Source of the DNA: Dicyema japonicum
Lineage: Eukaryota; Animalia; Dicyemida
Length of the DNA: 64,000 bases
Reading direction: 5' to 3'
NCBI GenBank assembly: GCA_011109175.1
Contig: RDEW01000002.1
Span: 996,676-1,060,675, forward strand
Part shown: positions 24,561 through 37,130 of the stretch, piece after piece
Layout of the letters: each line of letters begins with the position of its first letter
How positions within the stretch are numbered: position 1 is the first letter of the stretch
The notes under the pieces: model-generated
What the model was told of the DNA's origin: nothing
Database searches by the model: none
What the model saw: the letters and a program-made list of their open reading frames with translations, nothing else
Program-made: the position numbers and the translations under genes

Positions 24561-26627
24561 AACACATTCAACATCCAAAGTAGACCTCCCCGACGTTATC
24601 GACGCTGCGTTGCCTTTCACGATTCCAACAGAGATCAACATGAGAAGCCACCGGGGCGAACGTATGTCGTCGCTTTTTAGTGTAGCTAGGCGTCCAAGTT
24701 TCTTTAGGAAGCGAAGCGATTTTCCACTTATTCCTCCAGTTGTCTCGACCACAATAGGATAGAAAGTGAAAATAATTTTGCGCGCTACTCGTTGTGGTCG
24801 TTGTGGTGCTTAGAGAAAGAAGAGAAATAAAGAAAAATCAGTAAAGAAGATGCAGAAAACTGCAAAAGAAGATGAGATCTGCAAAAAATGCAACATAATG
24901 AACAAAAGAAAACGGATGACCCATTGCACGGCCTCTTCTTGTGGCTTCCACATGTCCTGTGCTGTCATTTCCAATCGACACTGTCAGTCATGTCTCTTAT
25001 CAGATAATACGACAAACTCTTCCCTACACTACCCTTCTGAACATGTTCCACTAGACCATCAGGAAATACTTGAATTGATCTCAAACCTGACACAAACAAA
25101 ATCCCCAAAACTGCCCGAATATCCATCGCGGACTGCCTATGTGAGTGTATTGAAAGGACAGTCTCTTCGGACGAATCTGAGGATTGGGTACGATTATTTG
25201 CTTCGCTCCATTTACACTATGCATACCTCATAGGAGGGGGAAATAAGAGAAACCACTTGCGTCATTAGTAAAGGAGAATGTCCACAAATTCTTCTCAAGG
25301 AACTCTGAAGAACTGACCTATAAATCCCAAAACCATGAGAAGCCAACAACAACTATCTCGGAAACTCAGAAATTAAGAAGTGCGATCCATCGAAAACTTT
25401 CGGAAAATTGAATCCGTGCTGCCATGAGGATCCTTGCAGATCAACACCGTATAATTGAGCCGTCTGAACAGTCCTACGCATCACTTGTTGAGCGACACCC
25501 AAGTCCCCCCAACGACCAGCGAATTCCGCCTTGCCCAGGACAATTACCCAACCTATTTGTATCCGAAGAGGACGTAAAAGATGGGAATCTCTCATTCGTC
25601 CCGAGCAGCAGTGGAGGACTGGATAGACTCCATCCGGGGCACCTCAAAGACCTAATTGCTCATAACACGGGCAACTCTGGGGTCCGGCTCGTGTTGGCTA
25701 TCACCAAACTAATGAACAGGATGCTATCAGGGACACTACCAGAAACAATTCGACACGTAATGTTCTCCGCAAAATTAATCGCATTCGACAAGAGGGGAGG
25801 GGGAATACGCCCTATTGCTGTCGACTGGTTATTCGTCGGTTGGCCTCAAAGCTTGTATGCAGAGCAATCTTGCTTACGCTGATAACACAACTACAACCAA
25901 CCCGTAGGGGTCGGCATACCCGGGGGTTGTGAAGCGGGAGTTCATGCTGTCCGAACATTCATTCCAACTCCAAACAGAATCATCTGAAATCACAGATATG
26001 GAGAATTTGAAAGTGATGATGCTGGGCAGAAAGACCGTTACAGGACCATCTGCGAAGATAAATATGAGAGGCTTCTGAACCAATCAAACCAACACAAACG
26101 TGCTTGTCTAGTCAATGGAAGATGCGAATGGAGAGGCGATTGGATCGATGCACTCCAGTTGGTAGTGTTGGTACCCACCTTGACGACGATACTGTCCGCA
26201 TCGGCATCTCCACAGACATGGACTGGAGATTTGCCAGACTCACAAATGCCGGTGTGGCGCCATGTCGATTGTTATGGACACAATGCCCTCTCGTGTCGAA
26301 AAGTGCAGGAACGATTCCCAACATAAGGCGATCAACGGAACTGTCAAGCGAGCCCTGAGTCTTCGGGATGCCCCGCCATACTTGAACCTGTTGACCTGGA
26401 TAGAGAAGACGGAAAACGTCCTGACGGGGTCACAATTTTTCTATTCGAAGAGAGGAAACCTTTGGTTCAGGATGTTACTTTGCATCGATCCACTTTACCC
26501 ATCCAACATTGTCGGGAGCGCGGTAGACACACTGTATGACGCTGAAAAAACAATGAAAGCAAAGGAGAAAACATATGAATCATTGCATGATCGGTTCACT
26601 TTCTATCCCATTGTGGTCGAGAGAACT
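24550..26627. mobile_element. CRE-like retrotransposon with an inverted 5' part (3' end on minus 24550-24770; body on plus 24780-26627)
   Basis: Plus strand: Cys/His-rich N-terminus (CKKC...CGFHMSC), GGLDRLHPGHLKDL, KRGGGIRPIAV, PGGCEAGVHAVR, RHKAIN, YESLHDRFTFYPIVVE. Minus strand: FTFYPIVVETTGG...KGNAASI. Confidence 0.8.
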
Positions 26628-27324
26628 AAATTGATTGAATACAATATTATCTTTAAATGATTATTGTTAGGAGATATCCCTGCAATCTAATTCATCAATT
26701 GTAGTAATTACACCAATCCATACGATTATCACAACAAATGGAGTTATTATATTCGTAAATAGAGCAGACTCGTCAATTCTATAACGCAGTTTTGAATGCC
26801 CCGGTCTTCCATTTCTCCCTGTCGTTTCCAATGCGCTTGTTCATCGGATTCATCCAATTGACATCCTTCTAATCTTTTCGGAGTTCATGAATTATGACGA
26901 CTGGGAGAGTGAGTCATGGCCATTTCCGAAAAAAAGGGCTTCGGACGTTAAGTGTGATCCAAGCTCTTGTAATCACATATGAGTATATGTTGCTTCTAGT
27001 CATTCCACAATGTCCTCATGAGGATATTCCTTTATTATTTGTTATCTGCGAAATAAGTTTAACTTCAAAGTCCGAGACCGACCTAGCTAACAAACTTGAA
27101 TTATAGTGCATCATTGATTTCTCTAGTTAGTCATAAGGGAGGACTTAAATATTCTAACTATCATCAAAACCGCATAGGGATAAGAACCGTGTGGTTAGGC
27201 ATTTGTTACTTAAAACTAAGGATCGACATAATTTTTCTCCCAGCAGCCTACTCATCAGGAACCATAGAAGACCGTGACCCAACAAAAACAAAGTTAGAAA
27301 AACTAAGAAGTTTAACAAAGCAAA

Positions 27325-28854
27325 TCAAGGAGTCTTCCAAACAGTATCATTATTAGTTGTTGGAGCAATATTAAACATTTCATAAACTTTAGTAATATCT
27401 AACTCCCCAAAAACAGTCTTTATATCTATATTCTTCTGCCGCTCACACAAAGCAGCAATATTATCGACTAACATTAATAATATTACTACAAGAACTCGCC
27501 CACTCTGGAATTTTGTGAATTGGTTGTATCTCATCATCAAAGTCGTCCTCCTTCAAATCATCGATATTGTAACTCTACTGTCATCACATACATCACCTTC
27601 TCCAAACTATCATCTCCCTTTTCCGTCACTGATGATTCTGTTGCTATTGAGACTTCTGGGTTTTCAGTGATAACGGATTCCATAAGTGTGGAATCTTCGG
27701 GATTTTCCGGGATTGCAAATTCCGGTAACATAGAATTTAATCCTTTTCTCATGACTAGAACTTCCGTGGGCTTAACATATTCTCTGTGTACCACGGACCT
27801 AGTATATTCTCTATCCCTCACAGCAGAGGACTGGTCCACCTTGGAGTCCCATCGGTTTTCCGTTATTGCGGATTTTGTGGGTTTGTGGTATTCTCGGATT
27901 TGAGGTGTTTTTACAAAATTGTTGAGTCGATTTTGAGACATTGCTAATCTAGCCAGTTCAGCCCTTTTTTGTCGTCTTTCGCGACTTCTAAGAATAAAAC
28001 CAATCAAGACAGTCTCATTCTCTCAGTTCTCTCCGCAATTAGTTGCTCCCGTCTTCCCTCACTCTTCTTAGCCTTCTCTAATAAAGTCTTTGTTAGATTT
28101 TTAGTTCTCTCATTCTCCACCATTTTCTTTCCCTTAGCAGCCTTCAATATCTTTGATCTCCTCAATATCTTCTTTACAGAACTCTTGACAGTCGAACCAA
28201 CAACTGGTTGTTTATACTATAATATAAACGACATACAAACATTAACTAACTTATCAGGAGAGTTTAGTGACTATACATTAATAGAATATGTACTTTCTCT
28301 GAGTATCCCCCAACAGTTGGTCCTCCTTTGGCAATATTAGGAGAACCCACGTGAGTTAAGTTGTTATTTAGTCCTTTTGTGTAGATATCAGGCACATCCA
28401 AATGGTCTGTGCACTCAGAATTCGTATTAGGAAGAATCACATGGGTTTTGTTGATAGTCTGACCTTCTTCGGGGTCATTGGGAAGATCCACGAGGGGTTC
28501 AGAGAATGGTTGTTCTATAACCTTCTAGAATATGCCATACCTTCTAATTCTATTGCTTGAATTTTCCCATTGGAAAACTCAGAGACTACTTCGGTAGTGT
28601 TTGTATGAGATGATGGCTGGGGTTGGATTTCTGGAGGGCTTCTGCAATTTTTAGTCAACAGACCTGAAAATCTCATCCTTTTCGGACCGAACTGGAAATT
28701 AATAAACATATTACTGGTGGAAATCAATTCGGTTATACCGGAATTGAAAATGTCGTTTCTTTCTGATCCCCTCCTCGTATTTGCAAGTCTAAATAAAGAA
28801 TGTGCTTTACTTGTTTTCTATATTATCAATAACTTCATGATTTTTGCGAAACAT
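27325..28854 (-). CDS. INCENP: INCENP (inner centromere protein), about 438 aa, 9 micro-introns
   Basis: Spliced C-terminus SYNIDDLKEDDFDDEIQPIHKIPEWASSFDNIAALCERQKNIDIKTVFGELDITKVYEMFNIAPTTNNDTVWKTP matches the IN-box/ARK-binding domain. A K/R/E-rich helical region precedes it. Introns of 22, 23, 22, 26, 23, 30, 23, 22 and 22 nt leave 1317 nt in frame. Confidence 0.88.
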
Positions 28855-29169
28855 TTTAAAAATTGCACTTATTTTTTTAAATGATTGCATAGAATCAGTT
28901 TGTATCTGTTTAAACTCTCTCTGAAAGAATGTATTTCTTTCATTTTCATTCTAATGTTATTATACCACAAACCATTGAATTATTAGAGTCCGCCATTATT
29001 TAAATTTAATCTTTAAATTATTATTTTTATAATACTTTTATATTCAAAATATATTTTTTGAAGAAAATATTAAATCGTGGCTTTTTATATAACATCAATG
29101 ATGCAATAATAATCAATTACATTATTATTATAATGTAATTAGATAACAATGTAATTAAATTAACACAGC

Positions 29170-29480
29170 CAACCATCCAAAATGGACCCCTCCGACATTA
29201 TCGACGTTGCGTTGCCTCTCGCGATTGCAACAGAGATCAACTAGAGAAGCCACCGGGTCTCACGTTCGTCGTGGCTTTTAGTGTAGCTCGGCGTTCAAGT
29301 TTCTTTAGGAAGCGAAGCGATTTTCCACTTATTCCTCCAGTTGTCTCGACCACAATGGGATGGATAGAAAGTGAACCGATCGTGCAATGTTTCATATTTT
29401 TCTACCTTGCTTTCATTGATTTTTCCGCGGCATACAGTGTGTCTACCGCGCTCCCGACAATGTTGGATGGGCAAAGAGGT
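29170..29480 (-). mobile_element. CRE-like 3' fragment, collinear (non-inverted) copy of the family at 24550-26627
   Basis: High nucleotide identity to both 24580-24770 and the reverse complement of about 26480-26622. Confidence 0.8.
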
Positions 29481-29639
29481 CGATATTAAATTACAATCAA
29501 AAAGCAATTATTCGTATACTAAACTTTCACGTTGAATAATAAGTAAATTCTCGATTTTATGAAAATTCCCATGAGTTCATTAGGATAGCATTGATATCAA
29601 AAAGATCATTTTTATTATTATCTCATTTTTTGTACACTT

Positions 29640-30310
29640 GAAGAAAAAAATGGGAACGAGCTGGATGCACTCCGTGTTCATCCCTAGAGACCCTTTTTGG
29701 ACGATGACTGTATTAAGATTGGGATCACACAGCGACTGGGATTGATGTTTGCGTCGAATACCAATGTCATTATGAAGGGATCGTCGATGCCAAAGGGCTA
29801 CATCCGCTTTCGTGAAAAAGGAGTGCTGGTAGAGTCCTCGCCATGCTGCTATGAACAACATTGTCATGCGTGCTCCTGAAGCTGTAGGCTTTCCGGCAGT
29901 GCTGGAGTCCGTGGCATTGAACCGCGGAGACAGGAAATGACCGGATGGGCTAACTATTTTTTTGTTCACTGAGGGAAAATCGCTCTTATGAGACTTTTGT
30001 GGATTCTTTCTCGAACTTGATGATACTCAGCTCGGCGCTGCCTGCTGGATCGACAGCCGGATCTGGCCGAGAAATTAAAAAATATGGCAAAATTGGAGAC
30101 CGCTTTCGTTTTTTACCAGAGGCAATCGAGACATCTGGTGATGCTGGAAGTATCACAGCCTATTTCCTGAAGGAATGCCGACATGCCTATTCGATACTCT
30201 GTAAGACGAATTGTTTGTGAGAGTTCCAACGAATTAATGATATGGGTGAATTCGAAAAGGACTTCAGTATTTCCATCTTCTTTGGGATCCTCAAAGATAT
30301 TAGGTCCACT
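29640..30310 (+). mobile_element. CRE-like 3' fragment (different subfamily)
   Basis: LDDDCIKIGITQRLGL, RHAAMN-like segment, KYGKIGDRFRFLPEAIETSG. Confidence 0.7.
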
Positions 30311-30959
30311 TGAGGCTTATATCTGATTCTTCGAACGCCAAAGACTTCCAGTATTCAGTACCTCTTCGATGGTTAGTGTTGCCTTTCAGGTCTTCGATGT
30401 CTTACTGCAACTAGGATTACTCGTTTTCCCTAACGGAACCCAAAATTCCATAAATTTGCTATTATGTGGAGATCTAAACACCAAGTGCAGTTCAAAGGGT
30501 TAATAAAAGAGTAAATTCCTACAAGCAGCGCTACTTTTCCCGACCTAATACTCGCCTCCACAGACATCGCCTCACTCACCAGTTGGTTTATGATATACGA
30601 CTTTAAGAGTGGTCGCAACCCCATCTTTATCTCAAGAAAAGGAAAGCCCTTACGTAAAAGAGTTTGGCCGAAATCATGAAATTTAAAAAGTTGAGTTAAA
30701 GAAATTCATTGCTTTTAGGACACAACCTGTTGTATTTCTACGCCGAAGCCTTCAATTCTGTTGGTATGAACTGTCTTCTTCATCAGGACAGTGAAATCGT
30801 CTATCAGAAGAAACCCTCATCCTCCCAAAAAAGCAGTCAATCAAAAACTCTAGAATGTGGAAAACGATTCAGTACTTCACAAATCCTGAGATAACTCTTC
30901 CAATGTCGTTCAGAAAAATAATAATTATTATTAAAAGCATTTTCACAGAATCAAAGAAC

Positions 30960-31340
30960 GTCATATTAACTAAGGTCCCATTTGTGCCACACGTTTCAAA
31001 ATCTGCTTCACTATGCGTCTCCATCGCCCTCTGTTTTGCGTATCTGTCAGTAGATCTTCTAGGTTTTCTGCAGATTTAAGTTTTCTTCCAATTCCATTAA
31101 GATCCTTGTTCAGAGGCACGGGTAGAGTGACTCTGGGTCTTCCTCTGAACGATGGTTTGTTCTCATTGTTAAAGTAATTGTCCATTATTATATTTGCAGG
31201 GGCGTTTATGTCCATTCTAAGCACGTGCCCTAACAGTCTCCATCTTGATTCAATAATGTCGATGCTTATTGACCTCGATTGTGCCACAGAGTATAATTTC
31301 TTATTCAACATCTTCTTAGGCCAACCTAGGTCCATTAATT
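30960..31340 (-). mobile_element. RTE-like LINE 3' end
   Basis: SRWRLLGHVLRMDINAPAN...FRGRPRVTLP...NRGRWRRIV. Confidence 0.8.
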
Positions 31341-31914
31341 GCTCAGAAAAATAAAGAATCTAAAATCATAAAATACCAAACTCACACCAACACACCAAAG
31401 GGACGTTACAAAATTAGTATTCATGGTAGAGGAGGTTGGGAAAGCGACCCAAGGGCTAAAGTCCACTTATTCAGCAGATCTAGAGAGTATTCCTAACATC
31501 GTACTAAAAATATTGCCCCTTACCCTATCGAGGATTCAACGCGGATATACACCATGTCAATCAATCGGAACACTATCCCGACCATCTATAAGTTTTCCAA
31601 TATATGCTGGGACCTGAAATGTAGCAACCAATTCTTCCTCCTCTTACAGGTCAATATTTCTCCTATGCACTTCCGCAAAAGTCTTTGGCAAACTCATTTC
31701 TGACTGATTCAACACTCCCTTCAATGACGCCCCTTCAACTTGTATTCAAGAAGGGTCTGTTGACAATAACCTTCCTCTCAACTCTAGAGGACCAATATTC
31801 ACCTTTATTACAATGTAAATCTAGATAATTTTGACTCCATAAGATATTTTTAATTCTACAGCTAACCAAAGTTAATTTATTAAGTTTTAACTATTGATCC
31901 CCCATTACACAATA

Positions 31915-32440
31915 GACGTTGCCCTTCATGATATTAACAGAAATCAATAGACATCATGATTTCTTAGTATAGCCAGAAGTACTACTCTCTTAAGGAAAAA
32001 CAAAGACTTTCTGTTTATACCTCCAGTTGTTTCGAGATCAGTGAACCGGTCAAGAGCCCTTCGGATACTTATGTACTCTAACTAATAAAAAATTTTTTTA
32101 AACTTGCCAAAGGTGGCTGTCAAATGCATTAGTACCCCCTTCGTATTTATTCTCTCTTCTCGCTCTTGATAATTTTGATGGGTGGTAGGGAGTCGATGCA
32201 AGTGATGTCCCATATTTATTAATTATTTGTCATATAGGAGATCTGCTAACGAGATTTTATGTATTTAAAAAAAATATCAACCGAGGGTCATACAATAACT
32301 GCCATGACTACGAGGTTATTCCCTCACAGGATGGCGAGACAGATTCGTTCAAATAGCCAGCAGCGCTCGTGGAGGTCTTTTCTGCGTGCAGAAATTCGAT
32401 TCCCAGCGAGATTTGTAATAAGGTTTTGGTCATTTATTAG
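31915..32440 (-). mobile_element. Two small CRE-like 3' end remnants
   Basis: ETTGGI..K-like segment at about 32000-32040 and RCWLFERI...RGNN at about 32300-32370. Confidence 0.5.
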
Positions 32441-32690
32441 ATGACAACCACTAAACTGACTACTTGATAGTGGCTACTAAACAAATGCAAAGCTGCTGTT
32501 TCCAGATTTCTTTAATTAGGTGTTTTCCACTGAGAAGCAAAAATAGAGCAGAACTGGTCAGAAATTATTGATTTACTAAAAATCTTTTAAAATTATAGAT
32601 TTTAGATTTTATGTTTTTCAATTTTATTAATATATAAATTTAATAATTAAATATGACTTTTTCATAAGTTATAAACATTGTGTGCCATCG

Positions 32691-35600
32691 ATGTATAATT
32701 GCGAACTATCTGACTACTCATTGAAGGAGCTCGCGGAACTACTACTACACTTGGAAAGTCTACACGTGGAACTACCATTTTCATTTAAAAACTCAGTAAA
32801 GACTCTAATAAGCTCGGCAAAAAATTTGTCTGACTCCTTCTCTCACAGAAGGGACCCCAGTAGTCTCTCTTCTACTACAAGCAGGCCAGGACAAGTGGGA
32901 AAAGTAAGGACAGTTGAAAAGGCCAACCAAACAGATGTGATTTTACTTATAATTAAAGGAATCTCATGTATTGGGGGATTACAGAAAAGACAAGCTAACA
33001 ACACAAGATGTACAACAACTCCGTAATAAAATGTCCGTTTTAATTCCGCATTCACGGAAAACGGAGAGGGAAGTCAAGAGTTATCTCCAAAAGTCTTTCC
33101 CTTTTTTAAACAGTCTTATTAAACTGTCCCCTCCTCAGAATAAATCGGACACTTCTGTGGGAGTGAAGTCTTTTGCCAAGAAGTTCACATTTAGAAGACG
33201 TCAATGCCATAATCTAGAAGAGGTGAGCACAGATTGTTCTCAAGTAATTTATGACTTATTTAAGAACGTTGACGAACTTATAGGTGGTAATGGTACAGAG
33301 ATAAATTCTGATACTGATATAGTCGTCCAGTCAGAGTCAGAACTCAGTGAGGAGGGCGTTGTGAGTCACAAGTCTCCAAACAAAGCTGATCGACAGCCTG
33401 ATAATCAGTCCTCCACTATATTACCGTCTCTGTGTGTCCCCAGCATTCGGTCACTCATTGACCTGTCTAATAATTCTCAAGAAAGTGTAAGTATTGCTAA
33501 GAAACGCAAATGCAATGAAATTTTATGTGATGAAGAGTCGGGTATAACGGACAATGAGAGTGAACAAATAATGGTTGTTCCTTAATATTCACTACCAGTA
33601 CTCTAAAAAGTCGAGTAAACGGCGGAGGGTGAGACCAGCTAGTCCAACAATCCACCGACTTGCCAGAATAGAGGAGGAACGACAAATCCGTCTACAAAAG
33701 CAGGTGACTTTATCGATGACAACAGAACGAACAACTGAACTTGGATAACTCAGAGAATCAATTAGTGCTGGAAAGTGACCCTACCACTGGCAAGATTATT
33801 GCCAAGGTTGAAGAAATGTTCATGTCTGTACTGATGCCTCATCAAGTCGATGGTTTTAGATAGTCTTACATTGTTAGCTGTACAATTTATGTGGAATGCC
33901 TGCATTGGGAAGGTTGAGAAGGCCCGGACCTCCTCGGTCATTCGGGGATGTCTAGTGGCTCACTGTATGGGACTTGGAAAAACACTTTCGGTGATATTTT
34001 AGGATTACAGTAGGCGATCTGTTTCATGTATACTCTCCTGGCATGTAAAGAGGTGGGAGCTAAGACTGTCTTGGTGGTATGTCCTGCAGGGACCATTCAC
34101 AACTGGAGGGATGAGTTCGAACAGTGGTTACCATATGGATCTCTTGATTTCCCTGTATGATGTTATTTGTGATAAAGGTCCATACGTTTCTTGAAAACAA
34201 CGAATTTGCCATCCAAATGTTACAAAAGTGGTTCACCACCGGAGGATTCTGCATAATGAGTTATGAAATGTTTAGGTCTGTGGTGATTTGTGATGAATAT
34301 AAGACATATTTTCGGTCCCCCGGTAATTCCCATACTAATCAAAGGTCCGGATGTGATTCTGTGTGACGAAGTACACATGTTGAAGAACCACAATACAAAG
34401 ATTTATAAATACCTGTCAAATTTAGATACAAAAATAAGGGTTGGGATGACAGGGACTCCAATTCAGAATTGTCTGCATGAATGTGAGTGTACTAGTAAAT
34501 TCAGATTATACGATGATTAAGTTTGTGAAACCTACTCTTTTGGATAATCGAAAGAATTTCTACACTAACTTTGTGATCCCGATTGAGAATGGGCAGATGG
34601 CGGACTCTACAGAGTCAGATGTTCGCATAATGAAACGACGAGTCCACGTGCTTTTTAAAATTCTGTCTAATACAGTCCATGTAACTGATTGTGTGACTGT
34701 AGAGGAGAGGATTTGAGGTTCTGAAGGACCTTCTTCCAAACAAGGTCGAGTTTGTCCTCGACATTCGCCTTTCACCGATTCAAGTGAAGTTATACGAAGC
34801 CTACCTTGGCTTAATTGCACATAATAGGAACATCCTGGCAAACTACAAGACACTCAAGCTGATATGGACTCATCCATTCCTTCTGAAAGAAAGAGACAAA
34901 CGAGTTTTGTTGTATCTAATTCAGATTTCTTTTGAAGGACAGAATGAAGACTCGGATGTGAATGAACAGAGTAATTTGGGGGCGAATGATGGATGGTGGA
35001 AAGAACACGAAGAGGGAGTAGACCTGTTTGACTACCTACATTCAGGGAAAATAGTTGTATTCTTGGAGATTCTGTTCACGTGTGTTGGAAGAGGCGATAA
35101 AGTGTAAGTGAAATGGATATTGGAGTCTGTGTTTTAGTCAGAGTCTGCTGACGTTGGATTACATTGAGGAGATTCTGTCACGTGGGATAGGTCAAATTCC
35201 TCCTTGGAAGAAGAATAAGGATTACTACAGAATAGACGGATCTGTTTCTTTAAAGACCCGATCAGATTACATTAGAAGATTCAACGAGGATTCCTGTAAG
35301 CATTATTTGAAGAAAGCAGCCAATCTATTCCTAATATCCACCAAGGCGGGGTCGTTGGGGATAAACATTCACCGGGCTAATAGAATAGTTATTTTGGATG
35401 TCTCTTGGAATCCTAGTGATGACTTGCAATCCATTTTCCGTTCCTACAGGATTGGACAGTCAAAGTGTGTTTATGTCTACAGACTGATTGTTCCCGTTTG
35501 CTTTTATGGGGACATTTTAGAAATGTATGGAGGACGTTATCTATGGGAGACAAATTTCGAAGCTGTCTCTTAGTTCTCGGGTTATTGACGACAATCAGAT

Positions 35601-36325
35601 CAGCCGACACTTCAGTAATGACGAGTTGAACAGATTATATCAGTTCGACCCACGTGACCATCAAATTGTGGATAAACCCGAGTTTGATTTCCCTAAGGTA
35701 GTTTGGGGGTTATTTGTGAAGGATGAAGTGTTGGCGCTGTGTTGTGCAGTGAGAACACGAGGGGGTGGATTCTAAGTTATAAAGACCATGATTCCTTCCT
35801 CCAAAATAATGTTGAGGAAAAATTGAGTCAAGAAGAATGTCACGTGGCCTGGGAAGAATATCATAGATCTCTTAAGGAGGGAATTCTTGGAGGTTATCCG
35901 ACTATTTTACTTTAGTAACTACAATTCCTACTACTGTTAGTTCAGAGACCACGTGTCCCCAATTACTAAATACCCCGAGTAATATTCGTGTAGGAACTAC
36001 GAGTTATCCTCATGGTAGTAGTCCGTATGATACTTTTAACACGTGTTTGACAAATGGGGAAGATGGGAGATTGGATCGAATGATATTTTCACTTCTGAAT
36101 AGACGTCCTCAATGTGTAATGCGAAATGAAGCGTTAATGAAATCATCTCCAGAGGTATGTCGACTATTCAATCATAATTTCCGTGCAATGGGACGTCCTC
36201 AGTTTATGCCGAATCCTGCCTCAGCTATTAGGAGAGTATATCCTCCAAGGCCGAGTAACCCAATGGATGTTCAACCATTCTCACCACCTAATTTGAATAA
36301 TAATATTTATAAAAATCACAAGTAA
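32691..36325 (+). CDS. ATRX: ATRX-like SNF2 chromatin-remodelling helicase, many micro-introns; start and end approximate
   Basis: LMPHQVD.VQFMW, GCLVAHCMGLGKTLS, VVCPAGTIHNW, GPDVILCDEVH, MTGTPIQN, PIENGQMADSTESDVRIMKRRVH, HSGKIVVF, YYRIDGS, LFLISTKAGSLGIN, DVSWNPSDDLQSIFRSYRIGQ, RQISKLSLSSRVID. Confidence 0.85.
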
Positions 36326-36682
36326 ATTTTGTAATTATAGCTTTTTTACATAAATGCTTTTGTATTGCCTTTTCACAAATCCATCCAGAACCACCTTGAA
36401 AGGTAAAAGACCATTCCTTAAAGTTGCAAAACTCCTCCGGTCGAGTGGAGGAAGATTATTGATTAAAACTTAAACTTTATTACCCCGGGATCACCGAGAA
36501 AGAAAGACAAAGTAATGTCAAGTAGTTAGGTGATCGTCATTGGATCCACCTTACTGAGGAGACGCTTAATGCCTCCCGGCATCAAGAGGATCCACTATTC
36601 TCTCCCTGGGGCAATGTCGTTATTTAAAGACAAGTTCTGGAACGAGTCAGGATCAAGGAGTTAGTTAGTTCGGTTACCCTTA

Positions 36683-37130
36683 TTATTATAAAAAGCACTC
36701 CCGAGAAAACATAAAATTAGTTAAGTTTCTTGTGCCGTATTCCGAATCATCCTCTCCGTCAGCATCGACCATGATCTTCTGTCGCGCACTAGTTCTCTTA
36801 GGTAGTTTAGGTCGTCCACCATTTCCATTATAATATCAGATGATATCCATACTCTTGTACGTAGTGAATCAGGTCCTGATAAGCTGTAAATCCGAGACCA
36901 TAATGTCGGCAGGCCGACGGGAGGATAAAAAGGTAGAATTTTCCAAACAGTTCTGTACATTGTACGGTCATTTTTGTCTCTTGTAGACAGCAAACAGAGA
37001 CGTCATATTTTGTTAGATCGCATACCAGTTGGTGTTTCTTGTAAGGTCGTTTAAGTCTTCTGCAATTGAAAGATCCCAGAATGAACGGAGAAGTCGGTAA
37101 GGAATACGAATAAGACATGGTGCAATATAG
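36683..37130 (-). mobile_element. Internally deleted RTE derivative (APE start joined to 3' end)
   Basis: LGSFNCR...VSVCCLQETK...CRHYGL, followed within about 150 nt by DLNYLRELVRDRRSWSML and a (TAA)n tail. Confidence 0.7.

Noticed and set aside
27520-28340. Plus-strand ORFs 27520-27903 and 27969-28340, and similar ORFs opposite NSA2, DHX16 and the RTE
   Set aside because: Antisense shadows of real minus- or plus-strand coding sequence.
31400-31830. Coding-like minus-strand segment (ATFQVPAYIGKLIDG...)
   Set aside because: Multiple in-frame stops not removable by micro-introns and no identifiable family; probably a decayed TE ORF.
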